Shown here: positions 16,827 through 24,063 of the stretch, one piece after another
How the letters are laid out: each line of letters begins with the position of its first letter
Position numbering within the stretch: position 1 is the stretch's first letter
NCBI GenBank assembly: GCA_017610265.1
Contig: JAFCCH010000006.1
Location: 1 to 48,347, forward strand
DNA from: Nitrososphaerota archaeon
GTDB taxonomy: Archaea > Iainarchaeota > Iainarchaeia > Iainarchaeales > GCA-2688035
DNA length: 48,347 nucleotides
Reading direction: 5' to 3'
Translations under genes and position numbers: made by a program
The notes under the pieces: generated by a model
The model's input: only the letters and a program-made list of their open reading frames with translations
What the model was told of the DNA's origin: nothing
Database searches by the model: none

Positions 16827-17473
16827 AATTAAAAATTTTGGTAGACAACCAGGCAATGCCTGGTTTTAAGCAAGAATGGGGATTCAGCTGCCTTATTGAA
16901 GCAAAGGAAAATGTTTTGTTTGATACAGGAACAAGCCCTGATGTCCTAATGTTTAATGCAGAAAAGTTTGGCGTAAAGCCAGAGCAAATAGACAAAGTTG
17001 TTTTGTCACACGACCATTTTGACCACACAGGAGGCCTTGAATGGATTTTGCAAAATCCCAAAGTTAAGGTTTTTGCGCTGGATTCATTTTCTGATAAAAC
17101 AAAACAGAGAATTAAGGAAGAGGCTGAATTGGTTGAGGTAAACAAACCTGTTGAAATAAGCAACGGCATTTTTTCTACAGGAAAACTAAGCAATTCAATT
17201 GACGAGCAGTCTTTGGCATTGAAAACAGAAAAAGAAATTGTTGTTTTGACAGGGTGCTCCCACTCTGGATTGGAAAAGATTTTGGAAAAGGCTGGAGAGC
17301 ATGGAAAAATTCACGCAGTAATTGGTGGCTTTCACGGCTTTAAAAAATTCGATGTGTTAAAAGGAATTAATTTAATTGCAGCAACACATTGTACCGAACA
17401 CAAGAAAGAAATTCAGAGGCTTTTTCCAAAGGCTTTTGCCGAATGTGCTGCAGGAAAGGAATTTGAATTCTGA
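16823..17473 (+). CDS. MBL-fold metallo-hydrolase (MJ0301/COG1237-like)
   Basis: 'KILVDN...GFSCLIEAKENVLFDTGTSPDVL...IDKVVLSHDHFDHTGGLEWIL' with the HxHxDH-type motif. ATGA start/stop overlap with the upstream gene. Confidence 0.75.
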   Translation: MKLKILVDNQAMPGFKQEWGFSCLIEAKENVLFDTGTSPDVLMFNAEKFGVKPEQIDKVVLSHDHFDHTGGLEWILQNPKVKVFALDSFSDKTKQRIKEEAELVEVNKPVEISNGIFSTGKLSNSIDEQSLALKTEKEIVVLTGCSHSGLEKILEKAGEHGKIHAVIGGFHGFKKFDVLKGINLIAATHCTEHKKEIQRLFPKAFAECAAGKEFEF

Positions 17474-17483
17474 GTTGTTTTTA

Positions 17484-17684
17484 ATGCAAAAAGAATGCAA
17501 GTGGTTTTGGGTTTGCCCAATGAAAAGTTTTTGGGAAGAAGGAAAATTAAATGCAAAATGGATTGAAGAATACTGCAAAGGCGATTGGGGCAATTGCAAA
17601 AGGTACAGCATTGTGGAAGCAGGAAAATTGTGCCCTGACAACATGCTTCCAAATGGAAAAATTGACAAAAGCCTTGCCGAATAA
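17484..17684 (+). CDS. 66-aa Cys/Trp-rich small protein
   Basis: MQKECKWFWVCPMKSFWEEGKLNAKWIEEYCKGDWGNCKRYSIVEAGKLCPDNMLPNGKIDKSLAE has 5 Cys and 5 Trp. The track ORF 17376-17684 overlaps the MBL gene, so I start at the first ATG after its stop. Confidence 0.5.
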   Translation: MQKECKWFWVCPMKSFWEEGKLNAKWIEEYCKGDWGNCKRYSIVEAGKLCPDNMLPNGKIDKSLAE

Positions 17685-17789
17685 AATTCAGCGTTCATGA
17701 AAACGTTTAAATTAAATTGCTTTATTGGTTATTGCAACAGTTGTTGTATTTATTTAAAAAAAATATTTTGCAAAGAGGAGAGAATGTAA

Positions 17790-19133
17790 ATGAAAACCGA
17801 TGTATTAGTTATTGGCGGAGGACCTGCAGGAGCCGTAACTGCTTTGACTGTTAAAAAAAATTATCCTGAAAAAAAGGTTGTGCTGATTAAAAAAGATGAG
17901 AATTGCCTTATCCCATGTGGAATTCCCTATATTTTTGGCACTTTGCCAAGCGTTGAAAGCGATTGCATGCCAAACAAGCCGTTGGAAGAAAAAGGCATTG
18001 AACTTGTTTTTGAATCTGTTGAAAAAATTGATTCAAAAAGCAAAAAGGTTTTGACTGCGAAAAAAAAGGAAATTGGATATGATAAGCTTGTTCTTGCAAC
18101 AGGTTCTGTTGTAGTTAAGCCACCAATTAAGGGAATTGAATTAGACAAGGTGTTCTTTGTTGAAAAAAGTATGAAGAATATTGAAAATCTGAAAAATGCC
18201 GCCGGCAAAGCTGAAAACATTGTTATAATTGGAGGCGGCTTTATCGGTGTTGAGATTGCTGATGAATTGTGTAAAAGAGGCAAAAAGGTAAGCATTGTCG
18301 AAGCAGTGCCCTGTTTGTTGCAGCAGGCTTTTGACGAAGAATTCTGCAAAACTGTTGAACAGCGCTTAAAGAAGTTAGGAATAAAAATTTACACAAGTAC
18401 TATGGCAAAAGAAATAACAGGAAACAAAAAAGTTAAAGGCATTAAGCTTTCCGGCAAGCAGTCAAAAACACTGAAATCAGATTTGGTAATTGTCTGCGTC
18501 GGAGCAAAGCCAAATTCTTTACTTGCGGAAAAAGCAGGAATAGAGCTTGGAACAGGAAAGGGAATTATTGTTGATGAATATATGAGAACCAGTAAAAAAG
18601 ACATTTTTGCTGTTGGAGATTGTGCTGAAAAGAAAAGCTTTTTTACAAGACAGGTTTCAAATGTAATGCTTGCATCAACTGCTGCGTCAGAGGCAAGAAT
18701 TGCTGGCAACAACCTTTTTCAGTTTAGGGTAATACGGCAGAATAAGGGAACTATTGCAATCTTTTCAACATTTGTTGCAGGCATTGGATTGGCAGCAGCA
18801 GGACTTACAGAATCAGAGGCAAAAAGACAGTGCTTTGAATATGTTACAGGAAAAGCAGTAGCAAAAGACATGCATCCTGGTTGCCTGTCTGGATCAAGTG
18901 AGTTAAAGGTAAAAATGGTTTTTTCAAAAGACAGTGGAGTCTTGCTTGGATGTCAGGCAATGGGAGGAAAGGCAGTTGGAGAATTAATAAATCTTGCAGG
19001 CTTTGCAATACAAAACAATGCAACAATTTCAGAAATAAGCACTTTGCAGATTGGGACTCATCCCCTGCTTACCCCTGCCCCAACAAACCACCCGTTTGTG
19101 CTTGCAGCAGAAGCGGCAATGGCAAAACTTTAA
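17790..19133 (+). CDS. FAD-dependent pyridine nucleotide-disulfide oxidoreductase (NADH oxidase / CoA-disulfide reductase family)
   Basis: 'VLVIGGGPAGA' FAD dinucleotide fold, single redox Cys in 'NCLIPCGIPY', second Rossmann 'IVIIGGGFIGVE', and 'FAVGDCA'. Confidence 0.8.
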   Translation: MKTDVLVIGGGPAGAVTALTVKKNYPEKKVVLIKKDENCLIPCGIPYIFGTLPSVESDCMPNKPLEEKGIELVFESVEKIDSKSKKVLTAKKKEIGYDKLVLATGSVVVKPPIKGIELDKVFFVEKSMKNIENLKNAAGKAENIVIIGGGFIGVEIADELCKRGKKVSIVEAVPCLLQQAFDEEFCKTVEQRLKKLGIKIYTSTMAKEITGNKKVKGIKLSGKQSKTLKSDLVIVCVGAKPNSLLAEKAGIELGTGKGIIVDEYMRTSKKDIFAVGDCAEKKSFFTRQVSNVMLASTAASEARIAGNNLFQFRVIRQNKGTIAIFSTFVAGIGLAAAGLTESEAKRQCFEYVTGKAVAKDMHPGCLSGSSELKVKMVFSKDSGVLLGCQAMGGKAVGELINLAGFAIQNNATISEISTLQIGTHPLLTPAPTNHPFVLAAEAAMAKL

Positions 19134-19154
19134 GCGTTTTTTAGACTGGTTAAA

Positions 19155-19916
19155 ATGGACAAAATAAAGTTAGAAGGAATTGGGAAAAAAATTGCAGTGG
19201 TCAGCGGAAAAGGAGGGACAGGAAAAAGCACCTTTTCTGCATTGCTTGCATTGAGTTTGGCAGCCAAAGGAAAAAAGGTTGGATTGCTCGACATTGATGT
19301 TCACGGACCAAATATTCCGCTGTTGCTTGGAATTGAAGGAAAAAAGATGGGTATTGGCGAGAATAAAAAATTATTGCCTGTTGAGGCTGCACCAAACTTG
19401 AAGGTTGTTTCCACAAGCTTTATGCTTGAAAAAGAACAGGCTTTGATTTGGAGAGGTCCAATAAAGTCAAATTTTATTAGGCAATTAGCAGAGCAAACTG
19501 ATTGGGGCGAACTTGATTTTCTTATTGTAGATACCCCGCCAGGAACAGGCGATGAAATAATCACTTTAACACAATTAATTGATTTAACAGGCACAATAAT
19601 TGTTGGAACACCTCAGGCTGCCGCAGTTTATGATGTAAGAAAATCCATTGATGCAATGAGGTCAACTAAAGTAAAGATTTTGGGATTGGTTGAAAATATG
19701 AGTTATGTTGTTTGCCCAAAATGTGGTGAAATAATAGACTTGTTTGGAAAAGGGGAAATAAAAAAGCTGGCTGAAAAAGAAAAAATTGGTTTTTTTGGAG
19801 GCATGCCACTTGATCCAAAATTGAGAAAAATGACGGATGTGGGAAAAATTGAGCTGAAAAGCATTGAAAAGGAAATTACTGATTTGTTAACCAAGATAAT
19901 TAAAAGCATTGAATAA
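19155..19916 (+). CDS. Mrp/NBP35/ApbC family Fe-S cluster carrier ATPase
   Basis: Deviant Walker A 'VVSGKGGTGKST', 'LLDIDVHGPNIP', 'LIVDTPPGTGDE', and the 'CPKCG' cluster-ligand motif. Confidence 0.85.
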   Translation: MDKIKLEGIGKKIAVVSGKGGTGKSTFSALLALSLAAKGKKVGLLDIDVHGPNIPLLLGIEGKKMGIGENKKLLPVEAAPNLKVVSTSFMLEKEQALIWRGPIKSNFIRQLAEQTDWGELDFLIVDTPPGTGDEIITLTQLIDLTGTIIVGTPQAAAVYDVRKSIDAMRSTKVKILGLVENMSYVVCPKCGEIIDLFGKGEIKKLAEKEKIGFFGGMPLDPKLRKMTDVGKIELKSIEKEITDLLTKIIKSIE

Positions 19917-19961
19917 AGGGATTGCGCTTTTCTTCAATTTCCTGATACAAAAATTTTTTAG

Positions 19962-20030
19962 GCCGTTTTTCATTAACCAAAATAATTTTAAGCTTTGAAA
20001 GCCCATTGGTTATTTCAAAACGGCTTTTTT
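19962..20030 (+). terminator. long two-tier hairpin followed by a T6 tract downstream of mrp
   Basis: Outer stem GCCGTTTT (19962-19969) / AAAACGGC (20017-20024). Inner stem TAACCAA (19974-19980) / TTGGTTA (20006-20012). Followed by tttttt (20025-20030). Confidence 0.5.
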
Positions 20031-20051
20031 AACAAACAAAACAGTAATGGG

Positions 20052-20089
20052 CATACGCCCAAAACGTATTTAAAATGGTTTGGCGTATG
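20052..20089 (+). promoter_or_regulatory. BRE/TATA-like element embedded in an 8-bp perfect inverted repeat (CATACGCC-N22-GGCGTATG); shares a 23-nt motif with 26749-26771
   Basis: CATACGCCCAAAACGTATTTAAA (20052-20074) versus CATATGCCCAAAACGTATTTAAA (26749-26771): 22 of 23 identical, including an 18-nt perfect run. Confidence 0.6.
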
Positions 20090-20144
20090 TTTAATAGAGC
20101 AAAAATAAAGGCTTAATTGCCTGCAAAATGTAGAGGTTGAACAA

Positions 20145-20435
20145 ATGGTTTCTAAAGAAGAAGTTGAAAAGGCTTTGGAAAAGGCAATGCATCCAGAATT
20201 TGACAAGCGCCTTTCCGAGTGCGGTATGATAAGGGCAATTGAAGTAAAGGAAAACAAGGCTGTTGTGACTTTGGTTGTGCCGTTTTTGCATGTTCCAATC
20301 AAAGACGACTTGATTCAGATAATAAAAAGCAAGGTAAAAGAAAGGGCAGGCATTGAAGCCGAAGTGAAAATAAAGGAAATGAATGAAAAAGAAAAAGAGC
20401 AATTTGGAAAAATAGTGAAGGAAGTAAGGGGCTAA
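20145..20435 (+). CDS. DUF59 / MIP18 family Fe-S assembly protein (SufT/PaaD-like)
   Basis: 'VEKALEKAMHPEFDKRLSECGMIRAIEVKENKAVVTLVVP' fits the DUF59 pattern, including the conserved Cys. Confidence 0.65.
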   Translation: MVSKEEVEKALEKAMHPEFDKRLSECGMIRAIEVKENKAVVTLVVPFLHVPIKDDLIQIIKSKVKERAGIEAEVKIKEMNEKEKEQFGKIVKEVRG

Positions 20436-20442
20436 TTTTTCA

Positions 20443-20928
20443 ATGCAAAAAATAGTGTATAAGCCAATAGGAATAATTCATTCAAGCTACAAGCAAGTAG
20501 AAGGAGTGCCTATACAGGGTGCGCTGTCAAAAAATTCCAAGGGTGAAGTAGAGGTTTTTCCAGAGTATAAAGCAGGCTTAAAGGACCTTGAAGGATTTTC
20601 ACATATTATCCTGCTTTACCATTTTCATTTGGCAAAAGGATATTCTCTGTTAAGCAGGCCTTTTTTGGAAAATAAAAAACATGGAATTTTTGCAATCAGA
20701 GCGCCAAAAAGGCCGAATCCCATAGGATTCTCGGTAGTTAAATTAGAAAAAATAACTGGAAATCTGTTGTATATAAACGAAGTTGATATTGTTGACTACA
20801 CAATTTTGCTGGACATTAAACCATATGTTTCAAAATTTGATGTTAGAACAGGCACAAAAGACGGTTGGCTAACAAAAAAAATAATGGACGACAGAGAACA
20901 CAAAGCTGATAACAGATATAGCCCATAA
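20443..20928 (+). CDS. TsaA/TrmO family (UPF0066) SAM-dependent methyltransferase
   Basis: 'YKPIGIIHS...EGVPIQ...EVFPEYKAGLKDLEGFSHIILLYHFH...GIFAIRAPKRPNPIGFSVVKL...VDIVDYTILLDIKPY' is collinear with the TrmO family. Confidence 0.75.
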   Translation: MQKIVYKPIGIIHSSYKQVEGVPIQGALSKNSKGEVEVFPEYKAGLKDLEGFSHIILLYHFHLAKGYSLLSRPFLENKKHGIFAIRAPKRPNPIGFSVVKLEKITGNLLYINEVDIVDYTILLDIKPYVSKFDVRTGTKDGWLTKKIMDDREHKADNRYSP

Positions 20929-21052
20929 ACAGCCAACGACTGAAGCTTAATAGTGATTTTTAAGCCTGTTTAAGTTCACTACTTGTTTGCCATTTAAAAA
21001 CGGGTGTGGGTATAATAATCACTATCAAAGCCTTTTTTCAGCGGTGTTTTTT

Positions 21053-21460
21053 TTGTTAGATCCAGATTTAGAAAAAATTAAAGCGGAAAAATTAAGTAAA
21101 ATGCAGGAACAAATGCGCCAAAATGAGGTGAAAAAAATGAAGATTGAAGTAAACGATGAAAATTTTCAAAAAGAAGTAATTGACAAAAGCGGGAAAGTTC
21201 CTGTTGTGGTTGACTTTTGGGCGACATGGTGTATGCCCTGCCTTATGCTTGGGCCAATACTTGAAAAACTTGCCAAAGAATTTGAGGGAAAATTTGTTCT
21301 TGCAAAAGTAAATGTTGACGAAAGCAGGGCAGCAAGCGAAAAATATGCAATTTCAAGCATTCCAGCAGTAAAAATATTTAAGGATGGCAAGGTTGCTGAT
21401 GAGTTCATCGGAGCTTTACCAGAAGCGATGGTTAAACAATGGCTTCGTAAAAACATTTGA
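21053..21460 (+). CDS. trx: thioredoxin with non-canonical WCMPC active site (paralog of 29638-30045)
   Basis: 'VVVDFWATWCMPCLMLGPILEKLAKEF...AKVNVDE...YAISSIPAVKIFKDGK'. Start set at TTG 21053 by alignment with the paralog, which also starts at a TTG ('M(L/P)D.(D/E)(L/T)EKIKAEK'). The track's longer ORF from 20987 is not supported. Confidence 0.8.
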   Translation: MLDPDLEKIKAEKLSKMQEQMRQNEVKKMKIEVNDENFQKEVIDKSGKVPVVVDFWATWCMPCLMLGPILEKLAKEFEGKFVLAKVNVDESRAASEKYAISSIPAVKIFKDGKVADEFIGALPEAMVKQWLRKNI

Positions 21461-21471
21461 AGGAGATCAAA

Positions 21472-22281
21472 ATGAAGATAAAAAAATTAACTATTTTTCC
21501 AGGTCGTGGCAAACAGGGAAAAAAAGAAGATTTTGAAAAAATCGAGATTTTGGCCGGGCAAAAAATAGGGATTGTTGGTCCAACAGGTTCGGGAAAAAGC
21601 CAATTGCTGTACGATATTGAAAAGCTTAGCCAGGGAGAAACAAAGACCGGGCGAAAGATTTTGATAAACGATAACAAAGTGCAAAAACACCTTAAAACAG
21701 ATCCGGCAAGGAAAATAATTGGTTATTTAACCCAGCATATGAATTTTATGACAGATACGACTGTCCAAAATTTTTTGGAAACCCATATAATGACAAGGGG
21801 TCGACACAGGTCAGAGGAAAACACCAAAGAGCTTGTTGAAAAGATAATAGAGGCTGCAAACACAATAACAGGTGAGGAAATCAGCAAGAATACGAATTTG
21901 CTTATTTTATCAGGGGGGCAGTCAAGAGCATTAATGGTTGCAGATCTTGCATACGTCAGCGAATCACCCATTATCTTAATAGATGAAATAGAAAATGCAG
22001 GTATAAGAATTCGTGAAGCCCTTAGCCTTCTTATCAAAAAGGGAAAAATAGTTTTTTTGGTTACTCATGACCCAATTCTTGCTTTGGATACTGACAAACG
22101 ACTTGTTATGAAAAGAGGAGCCATAAGCAACATTATTTACACTTCGATTAAGGAACGGGGGATTGCAAACTATCTCTCTTGGATTAACAACTACCTTTTA
22201 GATGTAAGGGAAGAAGTAAGAAAGGGAAAAAAGGTTGAAGAATTGAGACTAATATGCACGCCTGTGGGGGAAGAAAAATGA
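21472..22281 (+). CDS. stand-alone ABC-type ATPase (no permease partner in the window)
   Basis: Walker A 'GIVGPTGSGKSQ', signature 'LSGGQSRAL', Walker B 'ILIDEIEN', H-loop 'VTHD'. ATG 21472 lies 7 nt after SD 'aggag', which directly follows the trx stop. The track start is TTG 21457. Confidence 0.7.
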   Translation: MKIKKLTIFPGRGKQGKKEDFEKIEILAGQKIGIVGPTGSGKSQLLYDIEKLSQGETKTGRKILINDNKVQKHLKTDPARKIIGYLTQHMNFMTDTTVQNFLETHIMTRGRHRSEENTKELVEKIIEAANTITGEEISKNTNLLILSGGQSRALMVADLAYVSESPIILIDEIENAGIRIREALSLLIKKGKIVFLVTHDPILALDTDKRLVMKRGAISNIIYTSIKERGIANYLSWINNYLLDVREEVRKGKKVEELRLICTPVGEEK

Positions 22282-23069
22282 AAATGATAATCTTTGGTGG
22301 CACGCCAGGAAGCGGAAAAACAAGTGTAATCAAATTTGTAATGCAGGAACTGAAAGACTTAAGCATTCATTATGCAAAATTTGATGTCCTGACCACAGAA
22401 GACCACTTGCTAATAAAAGACAAGTTTGGAATAAACACCGAAAAGAAAATATCTGGAGAAATATGCCCAGACCATTATGCTGCACTTGAAATCCCAAAAA
22501 TCGTTGAAAAGCACAAAAACAAAGACCTAATTATAATAGAAACAGCCGGACTTTGTCTAAGGTGCTCACCGTACATAAACGAAGGGCTTGCAATCAATAT
22601 CTTGAACATTTTGGCAGGAAAGCCTTCGAGTTATGGTCCACTATTAACACACGCTGACGTAGTAGCTACAACTAAGGGCGACCTGATTTCACAAGCAGAA
22701 AGGGAAATCTTCAGGTCGGAAGTTCTAAAAGTTGCCAAAAACGCTTCAATAATTGAAGCAAATGGCCTAACAGGAGAAGGTGCGATTGACATAGCAGAGG
22801 CAATAAAAGAAAGTCCTGAAATAAAAGGAAAACTTACCTTGAAGCATTCCATGCCAACCGCTGTCTGCGGATACTGTTATGGAAACAAAACAATCGATTC
22901 AGAAGAAACATTAAAGCGTTACTCGCTCGGTAAGGAATTGAAAGCAAGGATTCCAAATTTGAACTGCGGAAAATGTGGATTCAAATCATGCAACGAATTC
23001 ATAAGAGCGGTTTTGGATGAAAAAGTTAATGAAGATAAGTGCCCTTACTTAGAAGACAAGAAGGAATAG
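22278..23069 (+). CDS. G3E-family (HypB/UreG/CobW-like) P-loop NTPase fused to a C-terminal CX2CX4CX16C 'putative Fe-S cluster' domain
   Basis: 'MKMIIFGGTPGSGKTS', 'LIIIETAGLCLRCSPY' (compare HypB 'ENVGNLVCP'), and 'TKGDL' (NKxD-like). The C-terminal 'LNCGKCGFKSCNEFIRAVLDEKVNEDKCPYL' is the 4Fe-4S domain type seen in RnfB and corrinoid Fe-S proteins. ATGA overlap with the upstream stop. Confidence 0.65.
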   Translation: MKMIIFGGTPGSGKTSVIKFVMQELKDLSIHYAKFDVLTTEDHLLIKDKFGINTEKKISGEICPDHYAALEIPKIVEKHKNKDLIIIETAGLCLRCSPYINEGLAINILNILAGKPSSYGPLLTHADVVATTKGDLISQAEREIFRSEVLKVAKNASIIEANGLTGEGAIDIAEAIKESPEIKGKLTLKHSMPTAVCGYCYGNKTIDSEETLKRYSLGKELKARIPNLNCGKCGFKSCNEFIRAVLDEKVNEDKCPYLEDKKE

Positions 23070-23071
23070 AA

Positions 23072-23416
23072 ATGAAAAAAGGGCTTAAAAAAGAACTTGA
23101 TAATGCAATAGACGCATCAGGCACTGAATTAAAATGGGTTCCAGACCCAAAAGGATACTTTACAATAAAACCCATTTTCTCACAAAAAAAAGTTTTTGTA
23201 AGACATTATAACTCAAAAGATGTTTTAGAACAAACTTTTGCAGGAGCAAACACAACAGAAATAGTCCAGGCAATTATTCAAAGAAAACTAATCTCAAGAT
23301 TAGACCACGCTGCCTATCTTGGAAAAGAAATAGAAAAAGCAATAATTGCATTAAAGAACAAACTCAAGTACATTCAAGGAGATGAGTTGCACTTAGAAAA
23401 TAAAACAGGAAATTAG
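23072..23416 (+). CDS. DUF4346-like small protein
   Basis: 'KWVPDPKGYFTIKP...VFVRHYN......IISRLDHAAYLGKEIEKA' resembles the DUF4346 pattern as I recall it. It starts 2 nt after the upstream stop. Confidence 0.45.
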   Translation: MKKGLKKELDNAIDASGTELKWVPDPKGYFTIKPIFSQKKVFVRHYNSKDVLEQTFAGANTTEIVQAIIQRKLISRLDHAAYLGKEIEKAIIALKNKLKYIQGDELHLENKTGN

Positions 23417-23469
23417 TTTGAATTCCGCAAGTAGAGAAGGAAAAAAAGTGTATAAAGGAGAAAAAATAA

Positions 23470-24030
23470 ATGATTAAGGTATTCAAAAATAAATGCGTTG
23501 GTTGCGGAATCTGCAAAAGCGTATGCCGTGAAGGGATAGAAATAGTAGATGGGATAGCAAGAATAAAAAATAGTGGGGCTGATTGTTTAAAAAATGCCGC
23601 AAGTGCTTGCCCACAAAAGGCAATAAAAGAAATTGAACAAGATTTATTGTTTGCAGTTGGAACAGACGATAATGAAACAATAAAATCAAATGACCATGTT
23701 GGAATGTCAAAATATTTTCAAGTATGGGCATATTCAGAAGGAGAATTAACTTTTAAAGAAAAAAGAGAAAATGCCAAGTACAAAGAAGAAAATGAAAGAA
23801 TTCATGGAGACCCGGGCAAAGCTAAAGCAACATCATCTGTTTTAACAGGCATTGATGTTTTAGTGGGAAAAATGTTTGGTCCAAACATTGTCAGGTTAAA
23901 AAATAAATTTGTTTGTGTTGTAGTTAGAGAGCCAGAAATCAAAAAAGTAACAGAAATAATTAAAGAAAACATTAATGAAATAGCTGAAGAATACGATAAA
24001 AAGGAAAGAGTTGGCATAATCTTAAAATAA
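23470..24030 (+). CDS. 4Fe-4S ferredoxin domain fused to a NifX-like (Nitro_FeMo-Co-type) domain
   Basis: N-terminal 'CVGCGICKSVC....DCLKNAASACP'. The C-terminal part, 'LLFAVGTDDNETIKSNDHVGMSKYFQVW...GIDVLVGKMFGPNIVRLKNKFVCVVV', follows the NifX-like topology more loosely than the other three copies. Confidence 0.5.
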   Translation: MIKVFKNKCVGCGICKSVCREGIEIVDGIARIKNSGADCLKNAASACPQKAIKEIEQDLLFAVGTDDNETIKSNDHVGMSKYFQVWAYSEGELTFKEKRENAKYKEENERIHGDPGKAKATSSVLTGIDVLVGKMFGPNIVRLKNKFVCVVVREPEIKKVTEIIKENINEIAEEYDKKERVGIILK

Positions 24031-24063
24031 TAACAAAAATAGATAAAAAAAAGAGAGTTAAAA

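Noticed and set aside
17376-17483. Upstream part of track ORF 17376-17684, overlapping the MBL hydrolase gene
   Set aside because: It is an out-of-frame overlap with a well-supported gene. The Cys/Trp-rich sequence only begins at ATG 17484, after the MBL stop.
20987-21052. N-terminal 22-codon extension of the first thioredoxin ORF (track start 20987)
   Set aside because: The extension (MPFKNGCGYNNHYQSLFSAVFF) has no counterpart in the paralog. The paralog alignment begins exactly at TTG 21053, and a TATA-like 'tataataat' lies inside the extension.
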